The translations under genes were made by a program, and so were the position numbers. A model generated the notes under the pieces. It saw nothing but the letters and a program-made list of their open reading frames with translations, searched no databases and had not been told where the DNA came from. Shown piece by piece: positions 12,095 through 22,155 of a DNA stretch of 61,807 nucleotides (the first letter of the stretch is position 1; each line of letters opens with the position of its first letter). The stretch lies in the NCBI GenBank assembly GCA_019058275.1, contig JAHLVW010000012.1, forward strand, positions 1 to 61,807, in the 5' to 3' direction. Origin of the DNA: Candidatus Heimdallarchaeota archaeon (GTDB taxonomy: Archaea > Asgardarchaeota > Heimdallarchaeia > JABLTI01).

Positions 12095-12856
12095 TTAACA
12101 ATAATTATATTGGTTGAAACTTTTAGATTTCCTGATTTTTACAACCAATTCTATATAGGCTATTGCTGCAAGTATTGCTATGATTATCTGACTCCAGTAG
12201 TATCCCAGAATAATTGTTTCTCTATTTATTGAAGCATCCATTGAATGGCGATACAATTGAATCATAAAGACCAAGCATGGTATTATAGCCATGATAATAA
12301 TGTAAAGGAAAACTTGAGTTTTTACTAATCTTGTATCAAATAATCCTACTTTTCTGATTACTTTGTTTTGTTCGACGATTGTTAATCCAAAAATTATCAG
12401 TTTTACTGGTGATATTACCATGATGATAGCTAACCAAATGAGATCTCTTTCAGAAGTAATTGTGTTGAAGATTTCACTGAAACCCATTTTCATCGAAATG
12501 ATGTTTAGTATTATCTCCACACTTACTATTATTATGAACAAAGCTATTAGCATCTGTATTCTCTTCTTATTTCTCTTCCTTTGATTTTCTCGTAGATTTG
12601 CCAATCCCTTTGTAAATGTTATCAATCCACAAATCAGTAGTGCAATATTGATTGCTGGTAGTATTGCTTTAGCCCAAAAAAGCTTGCTTATTAATTGTGC
12701 TTCGTTTATTTTTTCCATTAGCAAATAGAAAACATAAATATCTATTGAATATAGAACAAAAAAAACTGCTAGGAATCCTGCTCCTATTTGCATTAGTATT
12801 CTATTACTCTTAATCCAGTATATTTCCAATTCTATTTTTGCTATTTCTTCTATCAT
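12095..12856 (-). CDS. Multi-pass membrane protein, unknown function
   Basis: 253 aa with about 6 hydrophobic segments. Confidence 0.75.
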   Translation of the reverse strand: MIEEIAKIELEIYWIKSNRILMQIGAGFLAVFFVLYSIDIYVFYLLMEKINEAQLISKLFWAKAILPAINIALLICGLITFTKGLANLRENQRKRNKKRIQMLIALFIIIVSVEIILNIISMKMGFSEIFNTITSERDLIWLAIIMVISPVKLIIFGLTIVEQNKVIRKVGLFDTRLVKTQVFLYIIIMAIIPCLVFMIQLYRHSMDASINRETIILGYYWSQIIIAILAAIAYIELVVKIRKSKSFNQYNYC

Positions 12857-13009
12857 TTTACCTTTCTTCCATATTAAACTCCTTACTTATACTATAGTCT
12901 CAAAATTATTTATTATTTCACGGACAACAGTTTCAAAACAGTTTAGAAACAATTTAACAAGCAAGATAAATAGAAGAAATAAAAAAAACAAAACACTTGT
13001 AGGGATCTA

Positions 13010-13549
13010 TCAACTCTTTACAGACTCTATTTCCTTGATTAAGTGTTCAAAGACATCTTTATTGTTAAGATTGTCAATTAAGCTTATTGTCAATGTTTTT
13101 TGTATGTAATATTTCTCTATCAATTCCATAAGCATTGGTTTAATTTCTTTTTCAAAATGCTCTATTACTTCTATTTGCTCTTCTTTCATGTCATCATATA
13201 GACAATAGCTTGTTATGTATGGATCAGGTCTATCCTTTTCTTCTTTTACTCTTTTTTCAGCCCATTTCCTGCACAATTCAATTGGTGTGTCTAAGAAGAT
13301 TATCAATTCTGCAGCATTAAACCGAGCTCTAAAAGTAGAAGTGTAACCTACTCCGTCAATAATCCAATTGTTCAATTCTACAAGCTCATCATGTTTTTTA
13401 GTAAATTGCTCCTCGCTTGTTTTCTTCCAGTTTTTTTTCCAAAGAATTAGATCTAAATGATGAACAGGAATTTTGTAATGTTTTGATAACAAATCAGCTA
13501 GAGTTGATTTTCCTGATGCTGAGTTTCCAATTATTGTTATTTTTGGCAT
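13010..13549 (-). CDS. P-loop kinase, FlaR/topology-modulation (adenylate kinase-like) family
   Basis: IIGNSASGKST Walker A, then HLD..W, WIIDG and IIFLD.P motifs. Confidence 0.85.
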   Translation of the reverse strand: MPKITIIGNSASGKSTLADLLSKHYKIPVHHLDLILWKKNWKKTSEEQFTKKHDELVELNNWIIDGVGYTSTFRARFNAAELIIFLDTPIELCRKWAEKRVKEEKDRPDPYITSYCLYDDMKEEQIEVIEHFEKEIKPMLMELIEKYYIQKTLTISLIDNLNNKDVFEHLIKEIESVKS

Positions 13550-13630
13550 TGATTATCTTCCTTGTTTTTTCTCTGATAAATTGAACGGTTTAATAAAACA
13601 GATTAGTTGTTTAAGTTTTTCCTTACTGAA

Positions 13631-14866
13631 TTACCCATTTCCTCTCTTTCGACCATTTGCAGCGAATACTTGTACTATTCCCCTTGTCATACAAAAGACT
13701 ACAAAATCAGCTATTTTATCCAATGTAGTATTTATCTTATGTGTTACTTCCATCACATTCTTCGTACCATCGAATTCTTTGTAAGCTTTACTAAAATTTT
13801 TGAAGAACTTCTTTTGCATTTCTCCTTCTAGTGCTTCATATTCTTCTTGTTTTATTAAGCTTTTAGGCATGAGATGATCTGCTTGAATCATTATTACAGC
13901 TACTTCTTTCATTAGTTGTTCTTTTTCATCTTTTTGGATTCTTTGATCTATTATCTCGAGAGTCTTTTTCATTGGTTCTTTGTTAAAGTTCAGACCTGCA
14001 TCAGATATTGCTTCATTTATGATATCGATTTCTTGCACTATTTGTGGTATTTTTGTCAATCCTGTTTGTGTTGGGAAAATGATTGTTGAAAATCGTAAGT
14101 TGTTTGTTGATACTACAATAAGTTGTCGTCCCTTGAGACTTACCATGGTAAATTTCTGTTTTGCTCTAGGAATTATTACCCCTTGTGCATACATTTCGTG
14201 AATTTTCTGAGCAATGTCTAGTGGGTCTACTTTGTTTGCTTCTATCCAATCTGGCAAGAATGAGCTATTGATTTTATCTCCTTCAAAATCTATGAAAAGT
14301 ATTCCATTCCAATTCTGAAACATTTTTCCAGCATTTCTTTCTTTTTCTTTCGACAAATCCCTAAATGTTGTTTTGCTACCCAGCGCTGCTGCTTTTTTCT
14401 TTCCGATGTCTTGATACTTGAGTAGAATTCTATCTATAAGATCACAAAAGTTTCTTGGATTACCATAGGATGTTCTTATAGCAAATTTCAGCATTTTGAC
14501 TATTTCTTCTTGGTATTCTGTGGATTCTACTAAAGCAACTGCTATGTCGATAAATTCTGTTTCATTTACCTTTCTTATTGCTCTGCCTACAATTAGCTCT
14601 TCACCAGTCCTAGTAGTAACTTTATCAATTTGTGCATGTGAAATTCCCGTGTAGAATTCTCCTAAGTGAGCTAAACTTTTCAAAAATTCAAGGTATTCAC
14701 TTTTTTCAGGAGTAAGTTTGTTGATATAAGCTATAGGTCCTAAAATGATATCAAATGTCACCAAGAAGATTGCCTTTACCCTCATCTCCCTTAATATTGG
14801 CTTGGAAAATGTGGATATCTCTAGGTCTTTGATGTGTTCTTCTTTGGCAGACATTTTTCTCACCAC
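13631..14866 (-). CDS. Longin/uDENN-domain protein with C-terminal winged helix (NPRL2-like architecture)
   Basis: N-terminal IFLVTFDIILGP motif, a second longin-like start GILFIDF, and C-terminal FDGTKNVMEVTHKIN..IADFVVFCMTRGIV. The ORF is solid; the fold assignment is by eye. Confidence 0.6.
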   Translation of the reverse strand: MVRKMSAKEEHIKDLEISTFSKPILREMRVKAIFLVTFDIILGPIAYINKLTPEKSEYLEFLKSLAHLGEFYTGISHAQIDKVTTRTGEELIVGRAIRKVNETEFIDIAVALVESTEYQEEIVKMLKFAIRTSYGNPRNFCDLIDRILLKYQDIGKKKAAALGSKTTFRDLSKEKERNAGKMFQNWNGILFIDFEGDKINSSFLPDWIEANKVDPLDIAQKIHEMYAQGVIIPRAKQKFTMVSLKGRQLIVVSTNNLRFSTIIFPTQTGLTKIPQIVQEIDIINEAISDAGLNFNKEPMKKTLEIIDQRIQKDEKEQLMKEVAVIMIQADHLMPKSLIKQEEYEALEGEMQKKFFKNFSKAYKEFDGTKNVMEVTHKINTTLDKIADFVVFCMTRGIVQVFAANGRKRGNG

Positions 14867-15427
14867 TTCTGTGGGTGTTCGTCGAATAAAGTCTTCAAAG
14901 TTACTGTCACTCTTTTCACTAGAGTGTATAACTTTTTCCTCTTTGACTTTCTCATTCTCTGATGTTTTGAACGTTTGGTTTTTTTGTCGGAGACAATTTG
15001 CTCTACATTTTGCTTTTGTTTTTTCGATTAAATACCTAACTTTTACAGCATTTTCGATTTTTTTGCACTAAAAAGCACACTGGTTCACTTGTACTCCTTA
15101 CTCTAAATCTTTGTTTGATACTTTTTAGGTTTTATGGGAAATTTATCCGTGCTTTTTTTGTCGGTTTAATGCCCTTTTTGCTCACTCTTCTAATCTATTA
15201 TCTCGATATTGCAGTGCTTTATATTGGTAATTATGTAGATTTAATGTATACTAGAATGAATTGAGGATTTAGTTACAAATGCCTGTTGAACTAGATTATT
15301 GGGCACAGAATCTGAAGAAGGTCTATTCTGAAAGAGACCATAATAAAGAAATTGTTCTTCGTTCATCTTATAATAAATCAAAATATCAAAAATCTAGGCA
15401 GAATTCTTACTCAATTTTTGAAACAGA

Positions 15428-17107
15428 TTAGCTGAATTCCTTACGTTCTTTAATTTGAGTAAATATTATTTTACAAATAGTTAAATCTAATTCTTCTTTA
15501 TTGGCATCGGTAGGAGTTAATCCATTCTTCCTTAGTTCTTGTGTAATTGTGGTTTTAGCTTCACTTTCTGTTAATAACAAACCTAACTCTAAAGAATATT
15601 TTTTCAAAACTTTGGCTCCAGCAATTAGCTCTTCAGGATTATCAAACAATTCTTTCAAATATTCATCTCTTACCATTATCCACAAATCTTTTTCTGATGA
15701 ATCCATTATTTTCGATCTTAGTGAAGGTTTAACCGTTTCTTCAGTTGCTTCTTGTGCTCTTACTTTATTTCTTATTCCAAGATGTGAAGGTAATGATTCA
15801 GCTTTCTTTAGATCGGTTTCTTTTCTTAATTCAGCTTTCTGTTGGATAATTTCCTTTATCTTCTCTTCTAATAATAACAGAACTTTTTCATCGACACTTA
15901 GATTGGGGAATTCTTTGCTTCCTACTGGTGATAATCGATTCATAAGTTGAACATCAAATTGCTTTAAAAATTTAGAAACTTTATCTGAGCTAATACCTAA
16001 TTCAATCATCATTCGTTCAAAAAATTCTTTTGCAAAAATGGAAGGTTTCTGATGATTTACTTTTGTTGCAACTTCAAAATTCTCATCAATAAGCTCTTTT
16101 ATAATCGGTTTTGCTTGTTCATCAGAAAGTTCTTCAATATTAGTAATTATTAGTGTGAATTTGTCTGTTATTATTTCATCTTTTTTAGCAACAAAACCAA
16201 CATTTCCCATTACTTTCTTCCCATCAATCATTTGTGTCATCGGGTGGTCTATTTCAGTCTTGAGATCTAAAGACTCGTATTCCTCAATCAATCGATTTTC
16301 TAAAATTAACTCGCTGGCTATTCGCAAATTCATTTGGGTTTTATCATTCGTACAGGTTTCCAAGCTTTGATGGATTACCTCAAATTCGCTTATTGCTTTA
16401 TTTGCCCAACCCTTTGTTTCGAGTTCTGAAATAATGAATTTTAGAGAGTCTATGTTTGCCTTTAATCTGTTGTATAATTCATCGATTATTACTTTAGCTT
16501 TTTTCATCGATTTGTGACGCATACCACTTACAATGTATTTCGCTGCTTCATAATAACTTGAACTTTGATGTTCTTTCATCCATGAGACAATTACTGGTTT
16601 AATAGTTTTATTAATGATATAGTATCTTTCAATGATATAGAGCGCAGAATCTTCCATATCCCCTGCCAAGTCACCAAATAATGATCTATCTAATGTGATT
16701 AATTTGGCTACTTTTCGCAGCATTTTCTTTGAAAAATCATTTGCAATATACTTTATCCAAAAACCTTCTTCCATGGCAAATCGTATACAAAATGAATAAA
16801 TGTCTGGAAGTTCGTAATTTGTCTTTTTTAGTCTTTTTTCTTCAAAAGTGAAATAATCAGCTGATAATTTTCTTGGAACATCATAATCATATTCTAAAAC
16901 ATAGATAACTTTGGCTATCTCTTCTGGTACCTTTAGTTCCTTAGCTATTTCCTTATAACCAATTTCACTGACTGCAGAAGTTCTTTCTAAGATGCGATCT
17001 TGGATGCTTGTTTTTATTTTATTAAAGGCTTCTAGAGATTCCTTTAATGCTTCTTTACTGCTTATTTCTCCAAGATCTGGTTCTAACATTGAATTATTGT
17101 TCTCCAA
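15428..17107 (-). CDS. Hypothetical alpha-helical protein, 559 aa
   Basis: Long, charged ORF with a possible HTH (GYKEIAKELKVPEEIAK). No family recognised. Confidence 0.8.
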   Translation of the reverse strand: MENNNSMLEPDLGEISSKEALKESLEAFNKIKTSIQDRILERTSAVSEIGYKEIAKELKVPEEIAKVIYVLEYDYDVPRKLSADYFTFEEKRLKKTNYELPDIYSFCIRFAMEEGFWIKYIANDFSKKMLRKVAKLITLDRSLFGDLAGDMEDSALYIIERYYIINKTIKPVIVSWMKEHQSSSYYEAAKYIVSGMRHKSMKKAKVIIDELYNRLKANIDSLKFIISELETKGWANKAISEFEVIHQSLETCTNDKTQMNLRIASELILENRLIEEYESLDLKTEIDHPMTQMIDGKKVMGNVGFVAKKDEIITDKFTLIITNIEELSDEQAKPIIKELIDENFEVATKVNHQKPSIFAKEFFERMMIELGISSDKVSKFLKQFDVQLMNRLSPVGSKEFPNLSVDEKVLLLLEEKIKEIIQQKAELRKETDLKKAESLPSHLGIRNKVRAQEATEETVKPSLRSKIMDSSEKDLWIMVRDEYLKELFDNPEELIAGAKVLKKYSLELGLLLTESEAKTTITQELRKNGLTPTDANKEELDLTICKIIFTQIKERKEFS

Positions 17108-17281
17108 ATTTTTTGAAAAGCTTATAATTGCTTTATTGATTCTACTTCAAGTAAATTGTAATTGCCTTTTTCTTAACTAAATAACTTACTGTTGAGGATT
17201 TTTAAATTCAAATGGTATCGGCAAATTGTAAGATAACATTAGGAAATAATAGTTTGGGTTAGGATTATTGAAAAAATATGA

Positions 17282-17539
17282 TTATTCATCAAAAACTTCA
17301 GATTCAACTTCTGCTGCTTCTTTTTCCTTTTCTTCCTCTTTTTTAGCAAAATATAGTAACGCGAAAAATAAACCACAACCAAGTAAGAATGCACCAAAAA
17401 CAATCCAAAGAGATACTTCTAATAGGGCTAAAACGATTGCTACTACCCAACAGACAATTAATACTACAAGCATGAGATCATATGCTAAAGCTAAGCTTAC
17501 ATCTTTTACATCTTCTTTTATTGAGGTCATGTTTTTCAC
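17282..17539 (-). CDS. Small two-TM membrane protein with acidic tail
   Basis: 85 aa with two hydrophobic helices and an E/K-rich C-terminus. Confidence 0.65.
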   Translation of the reverse strand: MKNMTSIKEDVKDVSLALAYDLMLVVLIVCWVVAIVLALLEVSLWIVFGAFLLGCGLFFALLYFAKKEEEKEKEAAEVESEVFDE

Positions 17540-17702
17540 TTAAATTAATGGAAATAATATTATTGTATGTTAAGGTTTTCTGCTTTTTTAGTCTTTGCCA
17601 AGTAGTTAGAATTTAGTGTTTAGAGGACTGATTCAGCAACAAGTTTTTTGAACTACTTAGTTATAATGTATTCAGTATTAATACTAAAAACAGGAGATAA
17701 AC

Positions 17703-18368
17703 ATGTATCAATTTTTCATAGCACCACTTATTGGGTATTTTTTTGGTTCACTACCATTTGCTTGGATTATTGTTAAACTTACTACAGGACAAGATGTTAG
17801 GGACTCAGGTTCTGGATCTGTAAGTACTCGTAACACAATTCGTACTGCAGGATGGAGTTGGGCAGTTTTAACTGGTTCTCTTGATATTACTAAGGGATTC
17901 CTAGGTGTGTTTCTTGTAAAATTTGTTATTTTCTCAAGTGATGCATACCCAGCATTTCCAGAATTTCTTGACTTATTGGCAGCTCTTGCAGGCATAGCAG
18001 CTTTTGCTGGTCATTGCTGGATGCCATGGATGAAATTCCGTGGAGGTAAAGGATTTGCAGTCCTTTCAGGAGCTCTCGTTATAATAAATCCATGGGGAAT
18101 TTTGATTTGGTGGGTTAGTCTTCCAATCTATTTAGTAATCATTAGATATAGTGGAATTTCTGGCCTCTGTTCAACTGCTTCAGTTGCTATATGCAATACG
18201 TTCTTCTATATTTTTGAAGCGACTTATTGGAGTACTTGGCCCACTATGGTTTTCGGTTGGGGGTGCACCTTACTAATCACTCTACGATTGATCCCTGATT
18301 TCATAGGTATGAAGAAAGGTGAAATAAAACGCTGGAAAGGTATCAAAGTAACCCAATGGATGCGATAA
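17703..18368 (+). CDS. plsY: Glycerol-3-phosphate acyltransferase PlsY family
   Basis: GYFFGSLP, DVRDSGSG..TRN..R, LDITKG, GHCW and FRGGKG motifs. SD-like AGGAGA upstream. Confidence 0.88.
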   Translation: MYQFFIAPLIGYFFGSLPFAWIIVKLTTGQDVRDSGSGSVSTRNTIRTAGWSWAVLTGSLDITKGFLGVFLVKFVIFSSDAYPAFPEFLDLLAALAGIAAFAGHCWMPWMKFRGGKGFAVLSGALVIINPWGILIWWVSLPIYLVIIRYSGISGLCSTASVAICNTFFYIFEATYWSTWPTMVFGWGCTLLITLRLIPDFIGMKKGEIKRWKGIKVTQWMR

Positions 18369-18419
18369 AGAAAAAAAGGTACTTACTATAATTTGTTCCA
18401 CTTGTAAGTGTAAAGGATT

Positions 18420-20378
18420 TTAAGCCTCACTTACAACATATTCCTTATAGGTTTTCTGATTTTTTGGTAAAGTAAATTTGAAAATTGAACCCTTGTTCTT
18501 ACCTTCTGATATAGCTTCAATAGTTCCGCCGTGTGCTTCTACTAGGCTTTTCACTACTGCTAAGCCTAATCCTGAACCTGAACTTTTGGAATCTACTTTA
18601 GCATATTGGTCAAAAATTCTTTTGATATTCTTTTTCGCTATTCCTATACCATTATCTTTGATACTAACATCGATGAATCCGTTTTTCAGGTTTTGAGCTG
18701 AAATATGTATCTTACAATCCTTTTCTGTGAAATTTATTGCATTTATTATTAAATTCTTCAAGATTCTAATGACTTGTTCCTTATCACACCAAGCATCTAC
18801 TTTCTCAGGAATGTCTCGAGTAACAATAAATCCTTTATCAATAACTACTGATCCTATAGCTTCCAATGTATCAGTGACAATTTCTTTAATGCTATGTTTC
18901 TTAGGTTCTAAAGTAAAACCTTGTGATTCAAGTGTCGAGAAGTCAAGGATGTCTATCATGCTCTTGTAGACGTTTTCTAGATTATTTCGTAGATATTCTA
19001 ATGTTCCAAAAGTTTCTTCGTTTATTTCTCCTGATTGACCAGATAGAATTTGATCAATTAATTCTCGAGAACTTTTTAGTGGATCCAATAATCCAGTAGT
19101 TGTAACTTCTACAAAATCTGATCGTTCTTTATTCATTTTCAATAATTGTTCATTCAATTCTTCTAATTTCGAGTAGGATTTTACCAATTCATCCTCTTGA
19201 ATTGCTGAAGTTGTTACATCTTCACTTAAAACCAAAACCTCAGTTGTTTCTCCTTCCTTATTAGTCATTGGAACTAGCTTAAAGCTAATTATAGAAAATG
19301 ATTGAGGATTCTTTTCATCCAATTCTTTTATTTTTAATCTATTGACTGCGACTTTTTCTCCCGTTAGACCTTTTTTGAAATAGCTAATTAATGAATTTGG
19401 GAAAATCTGCTCCTCTTTCTTTGATTTTTTCATAACATTTATGCCAACTAGGTTATCACGATTCCTTCCAGTCATCATTTCAACTAATGGATTTACTCCT
19501 GTTAGAATCCCCTTTTTATTAATTGTGAATATAGCTATAGGTGAGTTGGATATAAGATTGTCTAATTCCTGTCTTGTTCTTCTGAATTTTTCTTCAGGAA
19601 CTAATGCACTAAATAATGCTGAATGAAGCTTGAACATATCTGGTACTGAAGTTAATTGTTCATCACCAACAACTATAGTTGGGAGAGACATAATATCATA
19701 TTTTTCTGCTAGTTCTGGTTCCTCTTCTATGTCTACCTTTCTGTAGGTAAGCTTGCCACCATATGAAGCTAAAACTTCTTGTAAAACCTCTTCTGCTGGA
19801 GCACAATAGACACAATCTTTTGATGTAAAAAGATAGATATCAGTAAAAATTGTAGTTGAATCCGCAATAATAACTGCAAGCTGTTCATATAACTCTAGGA
19901 GATTGTTGTATAGTGTTTGGAGTTCAATGTTTTTGCTTCTGAGCTCTTTTTCTATGATTTTTCTATATCTAATGTCTGTAATTATTGCATATGTACCAAT
20001 TGATTCACTATTAGGTCCTAATATTGGTGTACCACTAATTATTACTGGCACTTTTGAGCCAACTTTAGTTTTGAATGTAATTTCATATTGAGATGTTGCT
20101 TTTTCATTAAATCTTTTTTCTGACTCACGCCTAACTCTTGCTCGGTCTTTTGCTACAACTATGCTTAGGGAATCCATACCTATGAGTTCTTTATCTGCAT
20201 AACCAATCATCTGATGAATTTTTGGATTTGCATAGACAATTATCCCATTCATATCAGAAGCTATTATTCCCTCAGGCATAGTCTCAACTAATGTTTTGTA
20301 CCATCCACTTTCATTTAGAATCTTTACCAGTATAGGGTTGGGTTTGAATTCTCCCTCTCCTTCTGTAGAGGCTTTCAC
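18420..20378 (-). CDS. PAS-thioredoxin-PAS-HisKA-like-HATPase sensor protein
   Basis: Two PAS domains, an archaeal thioredoxin domain (FTSKDCVYC..YDIMSLPTIV), and N, G1 and G2 boxes (NLIINAINF, DNGIGI, GSGLGL). The H-box lacks His. Confidence 0.88.
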   Translation of the reverse strand: MKASTEGEGEFKPNPILVKILNESGWYKTLVETMPEGIIASDMNGIIVYANPKIHQMIGYADKELIGMDSLSIVVAKDRARVRRESEKRFNEKATSQYEITFKTKVGSKVPVIISGTPILGPNSESIGTYAIITDIRYRKIIEKELRSKNIELQTLYNNLLELYEQLAVIIADSTTIFTDIYLFTSKDCVYCAPAEEVLQEVLASYGGKLTYRKVDIEEEPELAEKYDIMSLPTIVVGDEQLTSVPDMFKLHSALFSALVPEEKFRRTRQELDNLISNSPIAIFTINKKGILTGVNPLVEMMTGRNRDNLVGINVMKKSKKEEQIFPNSLISYFKKGLTGEKVAVNRLKIKELDEKNPQSFSIISFKLVPMTNKEGETTEVLVLSEDVTTSAIQEDELVKSYSKLEELNEQLLKMNKERSDFVEVTTTGLLDPLKSSRELIDQILSGQSGEINEETFGTLEYLRNNLENVYKSMIDILDFSTLESQGFTLEPKKHSIKEIVTDTLEAIGSVVIDKGFIVTRDIPEKVDAWCDKEQVIRILKNLIINAINFTEKDCKIHISAQNLKNGFIDVSIKDNGIGIAKKNIKRIFDQYAKVDSKSSGSGLGLAVVKSLVEAHGGTIEAISEGKNKGSIFKFTLPKNQKTYKEYVVSEA

Positions 20379-20519
20379 AATTATTAGCTCCGGAACAAAA
20401 CTATCTTGAGTTAGTAGTCTATACAGAATTTTGTCATTTAAAGTAAAATAAATCTTATGATTAAGTACCTTTCGTTAAAAAAATGAGTTTTTGGTCTTAT
20501 GTAGAGAGTAATTTCCTAT

Positions 20520-22151
20520 CTAGTTCATTTTTTCATTCAATTTATCATTTTCGAGCAATTCTTTGGACCGTTTCTGTTTCTTTCCTAGTCCTCCTCCACC
20601 AGGTGTTTCGATAACTATAACATCATCTGATTCTAGAGGTGTTGTTATCTTACCTTGTAGAATGATTTTCTGACCATCTTTTGTTATTCTGTAGTAAACA
20701 CCTGTAAGTCCATCTTCACCATCTTTTAATCCCCAAGGTGGGACCTTCTGTCTTTCACCTAACAAACTAACAACAACAGGAACCTTTGCCCTAAATCTTC
20801 GAATAATACCCAAGCCACCTCTAAACTTACCCTTTCCACCACTATTTTCTCTAAAAGAATATTCTTCAACAATTAATGGATATCTAACTTCGATTTCTTC
20901 TATTGGGGTATTCATAGTATTTGTCATATTTGTGTGTATTCCATCTACACCATCCTTTGTTGGTCTACCACCAGAACCTCCACCTATAGTTTCATAGAAT
21001 GTAAAGGGATTTCCTTGTTGATCTCTTCCACCAATTATTAGATTATTCATTGTCCCTTGGGATGCTGCAGGTATTCTGTCAGGAATTATTTTTGAGAATG
21101 CTTTCAAGAGAGTATCAACAATTCTTTGAGAAGTTTCCACATTTCCACCAACAACAGCTGCAGGTGGTAATGCATTTAGAACAGTTCCCTTTGGTACTGT
21201 TACGGTAAGATGTCTGTATAATCCTTCATTAGCAGGTATTGTAGGATCTGTTATGGATCGCAATACGTAATAAGAACCTGATAGTGTTACAGCATAAGGG
21301 CAATTTACTGCTCCCCTTACTTGATTAGATGTGCCTGTGAAGTCAAAGTAGACATGGTCTTTTGTTGTTTTTACATTAACAACTAACTCAACTAATTTAT
21401 CATCTACCCCGTCCCCATCCAAATAGTCTCTTCCCTCAGATTCAGATTCGGGGAAGTTTTTGATTATTGATAAGAATCTTCTTTCAGAATAATTTAGTAT
21501 ATCATCAACTGCTAATTTGTATGTCTCTAAGCCTCTTACAGAAATTAATTCTTTTAACCTCTTCTCACCAATCCAATTGGCAGATAATTGAGCCATCAGG
21601 TCCCCTTTTCTTACTTTTGGTGTTCTTGAATTAATCATAATCAGATTTAAAATGTCTTTATTTACTTCTCCTTTTGAAACAATCTTCACAGGAGGAATCC
21701 TTAGACCTTCTTGAAAAATATCTGTTGCATTACCTGGCATGGAACCAGGTGTCATACCACCAATATCGCTATGATGTGCTCTGCTAACTGAGTAACCAAC
21801 AAGATTTTCCTTATAGAATATCGGAGTAACTATAGTGATATCCGGTAAGTGTGTTCCTCCTAGATAAGGATCATTTAGTATGAATGAATCCCCAGGGAAT
21901 ATTTCACCTTCAAATTTCTCCAAAACACTCTTTACAGTTAATGGCATCGCTCCCAAATGTACTGGAATGTGTTCTGCTTGTGCTGTCATCCTGCCTTCAA
22001 AATCGAATAACGAACAGCTATGATCCATCCTTTCCTTAATATTAGTACTATAAGCAGCATTTCTTAGGATAATTCCCATCTCTTCAGCGATGTATTCCAA
22101 TCCACCACGAATAACTTCTCGAGTAATTACATCTACAGGTGTTGTTTTCAT
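20520..22151 (-). CDS. Hydantoinase B / 5-oxoprolinase subunit
   Basis: NIKERMDHSC, HIPVHLG, NDPYLGGTHLPD, AHHSDIGG, GTMNN, YETIGGG and TPGGGG motifs. Confidence 0.95.
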   Translation of the reverse strand: MKTTPVDVITREVIRGGLEYIAEEMGIILRNAAYSTNIKERMDHSCSLFDFEGRMTAQAEHIPVHLGAMPLTVKSVLEKFEGEIFPGDSFILNDPYLGGTHLPDITIVTPIFYKENLVGYSVSRAHHSDIGGMTPGSMPGNATDIFQEGLRIPPVKIVSKGEVNKDILNLIMINSRTPKVRKGDLMAQLSANWIGEKRLKELISVRGLETYKLAVDDILNYSERRFLSIIKNFPESESEGRDYLDGDGVDDKLVELVVNVKTTKDHVYFDFTGTSNQVRGAVNCPYAVTLSGSYYVLRSITDPTIPANEGLYRHLTVTVPKGTVLNALPPAAVVGGNVETSQRIVDTLLKAFSKIIPDRIPAASQGTMNNLIIGGRDQQGNPFTFYETIGGGSGGRPTKDGVDGIHTNMTNTMNTPIEEIEVRYPLIVEEYSFRENSGGKGKFRGGLGIIRRFRAKVPVVVSLLGERQKVPPWGLKDGEDGLTGVYYRITKDGQKIILQGKITTPLESDDVIVIETPGGGGLGKKQKRSKELLENDKLNEKMN

Positions 22152-22155
22152 CTTA

